DNA of 64,000 nt from Octopus sinensis (taxonomy: Eukaryota), in NCBI RefSeq assembly GCF_006345805.1, contig NC_043018.1, positions 29,202,001-29,266,000 of the forward strand, read 5' to 3'. A program made the position numbers and the translations under genes. Below are positions 61,196-64,000 of the stretch, piece after piece; positions within the stretch are counted from its first letter, which is position 1, and each line of letters starts with the position of its first letter. The notes beneath the pieces are model-generated. The model was given only the letters and a program-made list of their open reading frames with translations, had not been told where the DNA came from and did not search any database.

Positions 61196-61446
61196 ACAGT
61201 TGTATTGTTTGTCCGTAAGTATGAGGGTGATCAGTTGCTTTTGTTATTTTATTGATTACATTGGGGAACAATTTCGAGAACGATTTATTTATTAGTGTTA
61301 CTGAACTTGATGGTGCTGAGTTCAGAATTTTCTATCACATCAAGTTATTTCATAACCTGGAATTCATTTTTAGGAAACAAGAAACTAGCACAAACCAAAT
61401 AATATATTTTATTGTTTAACAAATATAGTACACAAAAATGTTCATT

Positions 61447-61662
61447 ACCACCGTGATCACCGTGACCGACCAGGCTATCAGATGTTACTACACATCGCTG
61501 GTCACAATGCGATCTGCATTGTTTTAGCCTTCAAATGACGCTATCTCGCTGGCTAAGCGAGAAGGCCAACAGTAGAAAGAGTGAGAGAAATTTGTGGCGA
61601 AACAATACAGCAGGGTTCGCTACCACCGTCTGCCGGTGCAACGCCCGGTCTGGGAATCGAAA
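61447..61662 (-). mobile_element. SINE family D with RTE-like tail, head deleted
   Basis: caccgtgatcaccgtgaccgaccaggctatcagatg...acgcccggtctgggaatcgaa. Confidence 0.82.
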
Positions 61663-61680
61663 GCATGTATATACATATAT

Positions 61681-61823
61681 ACAACTTATAAATAAGGGCA
61701 AACGAAAAAATTTCTAATGCCAAATATGCCGAAAATTGGACATATTGTCCATAACCATATATGTCCAATTTTCTGCATATTTGGCATTAGAAATTATTTC
61801 GTTTGCCCTTATTTATAAGTTGT
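61681..61823. repeat. Hairpin: 65-bp arms, 13-nt spacer
   Basis: 61681-61745 is the reverse complement of 61759-61823 with 2 mismatches. Confidence 0.92.
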
Positions 61824-61962
61824 TTATAATTTTAACCGTTAAAGGTATTTTTTAATATACTGGCCATTGATAAAATTATTTTCTTTCGAAAAAAAAATTA
61901 TCCTACATTAAATATATATACATATATATATATATATGTAGGTATGTAGATATATGTATGTA

Positions 61963-62454
61963 TTGAGCTGTCCGGAAACTTCGTATCGATTTCTAAAGGA
62001 AAGAAAAAAGTCAATAAATACTTGCCATTACATTGTCAATCAACCAAATATGAACCATTTTGTTGCACAATGCTTCTCCATCTTTACTTAAACTTGAAAA
62101 TACCATCTTCCCAGAATTGAGGTGGTTTCATGACAAAGAATGCATCGAGGCATCTTTTTATGTCATCCAAGGAATTGAAATTTTTACCATTAAGACTATT
62201 TTGCAGAGACCTGAATAAGTGAAAATCCGAAAGAGCAATATCTAGTGGATATAGAGGGTGGGGTAACATATCCCAGCCGAGCTGCAGCAATTTTTGTCTG
62301 GTTCCCAAAGCATCAAGTGCCGAAAATGAACTTTCTCATCTTCCGTTTTAAAGGGTTACAGAATTAACACAGGTTATAGGAATATAAACCTTCTTCCACG
62401 AAAAGATAGAAGGTAAGCTACTATAAATCGGTATGAACTTTCCGGACAACCCAA
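61963..62454 (-). mobile_element. Internally deleted mariner with both TIRs and TA TSD
   Basis: TA|ttgagctgtccggaaacttcgtatcgattt and aaatcggtatgaactttccggacaacccaa|TA; LGWDMLPHPLYPLDIALSDFHLFRSLQNSL at 62084-62308. Confidence 0.9.
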
Positions 62455-63099
62455 TATATATGCAAATATATATATATATATATTATATATATATATTAAT
62501 ATATATATATATAACTATAAAATATCGATGATTAAGTAAATTGTAAAAAAATAATAAAAACGTATATAATTGGTAGGTGTTTTTTCTAATTTTTATATAT
62601 ATATGTATTATATTCTGTGAAATTTGATTTAGTATTTCTAAATTGAACCCTGTAAGTTAGGATTAATTTTCCCTCAAATAATAATTATATATATATATAT
62701 GTGTGTGCGTATGTATATATATATATATATATATATATACGCGCGCACGCACACACACACATTCACAGAGTCCCATATAAACATATAAATATATTGGTTG
62801 GTCTATTGTTATGACAGTGGACACTTGACTGAGTTGGCGTGCACTGAGATTGATGTAGAGACCCTAAGGTTGTAAAACCTTTTTTTCCCTTTTTATTAAC
62901 TACAGTCAGAAACATGCCGTATGTTTGTCCAAATATATATTTAGAAAAACATCCCTGAGGATTTACACTCACCAACATCGTTGCCACCATTGTAATCATC
63001 AGACACCATACTGTTTCCACTTTACGTCTTTCACTACCAAACCATCTTTCCAATAACAATTAACATCAAAACTACCAAGAGCGTCAAGCAACATCATGT

Positions 63100-63460
63100 C
63101 TACCACCGCCGCCACCGCCACCACCGCCGCCGCCACCACCACCACCACCACCACCTCAATCATCATCATCATTAGAATGATCCTCATTGACAGCATCGTG
63201 GTCGTCGTCATCTTTTACTTTTGCTATCTTAACGTGAAGATTTTCGCGAATAAGCTTCTAAAGTTTTAAGTCTTCTAATATCATGAAGAAACTTGATAAA
63301 TGTATTCAAATACCATCGCTACTTTCATCACCAGCGACACCATCACCATCATCATCACTACTTTCATAAACACCAACACCCTTATCATCTCAGCCATCTC
63401 TACCATCGACACCACCATCACCACCACCACCACCACCACCACCAGCATCACCGTAGCCAA
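63100..63460. repeat. (ACC/CAT)n degenerate arrays
   Basis: Direct observation. Confidence 0.88.
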
Positions 63461-63777
63461 GATATTAGAAATATCAATATGAACAGCATGCTCTTTAAGA
63501 ATATTTCATTATGCCAGACAGTTGGCATTATTCTTTCCAATATTTCGCCCAAAAATCTACAAACATAAGTGACAATGCTGCTCTTCTGGTTTTGCAATAC
63601 GAGACATTTTCATTTTTATCTTAATCTTCTTCTAGCCTCGAGACACGAACAAACACTAAGTTTTACATCAAGATGGAGTTTCAACAATTTTTCGTAAGTC
63701 TGGCGAATTTTTAAAGTCTGAATTGAATTGATTTCTCCTCCAGGAAATTGAATAATGTTGGAGAAAAGTAAGTCTTT

Positions 63778-63850
63778 TTATTGTTGTTGTTGTTGTTGCT
63801 GCTGCTGCTGTTGTTGTGGTTCTTGTTATTTATTGTTGCTTCTGTTGTTG
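63778..63850. repeat. (TTG/CTG)n microsatellite
   Basis: Direct observation. Confidence 0.88.
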
Positions 63851-64000
63851 ACGTTATTAACTGAAAGGAAATTGAACAACGAAAGACAGTTTTACTTCAG
63901 TCTTTTAATATTTTATCTATGAAATCATAATTATCAATCTTATATAATAGCGGGTTGTATACGCCATTGTTTTTCAGATTAAGGGATAAAATCTCAGAAG

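Overview
This is repeat-dense, AT-rich eukaryotic DNA with no confidently identifiable host protein-coding gene. It is most likely intronic or intergenic cephalopod (octopus-like) sequence; that assignment is inferred from the repeat landscape. Almost every ORF in the supplied track is an artefact of microsatellites ((TA)n, (CA)n, (CAT)n, (AAT)n, (GATA)n, (CATA)n, (CT)n). Interspersed elements: about 45 copies or fragments of four tRNA-type SINE families (my labels A-D); a 5'-truncated CR1-group LINE with a 448-codon RT ORF and an 8-bp TSD, nested inside a SINE; further CR1, RTE and Dong/R4 LINE fragments; two Helitron derivatives; mariner, maT, Tc1 and Tigger-type remnants; several MITE-like or palindromic elements; and short Penelope-like repeats. 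The most notable observations are: (i) a 472-bp GC-rich inverted repeat with 214-bp arms differing at only 2 positions; (ii) a recurrent minimal-hammerhead-like motif with an atypical CUGU-N-GA core in the Penelope-like repeats; (iii) a SINE/CR1-LINE shared 3' tail with a compensated hairpin; (iv) a template-switch-like insertion copying about 190 bp between SINE loci 17 kb apart; (v) an RTE insertion with twin-priming geometry; (vi) an (AAT)n-associated ~550-bp element with a fixed 5' end; and (vii) a weak, stop-riddled resemblance to an A32-type packaging ATPase. All alignments and translations were done by eye, coordinates of degenerate repeats are approximate, and no database searches were run.
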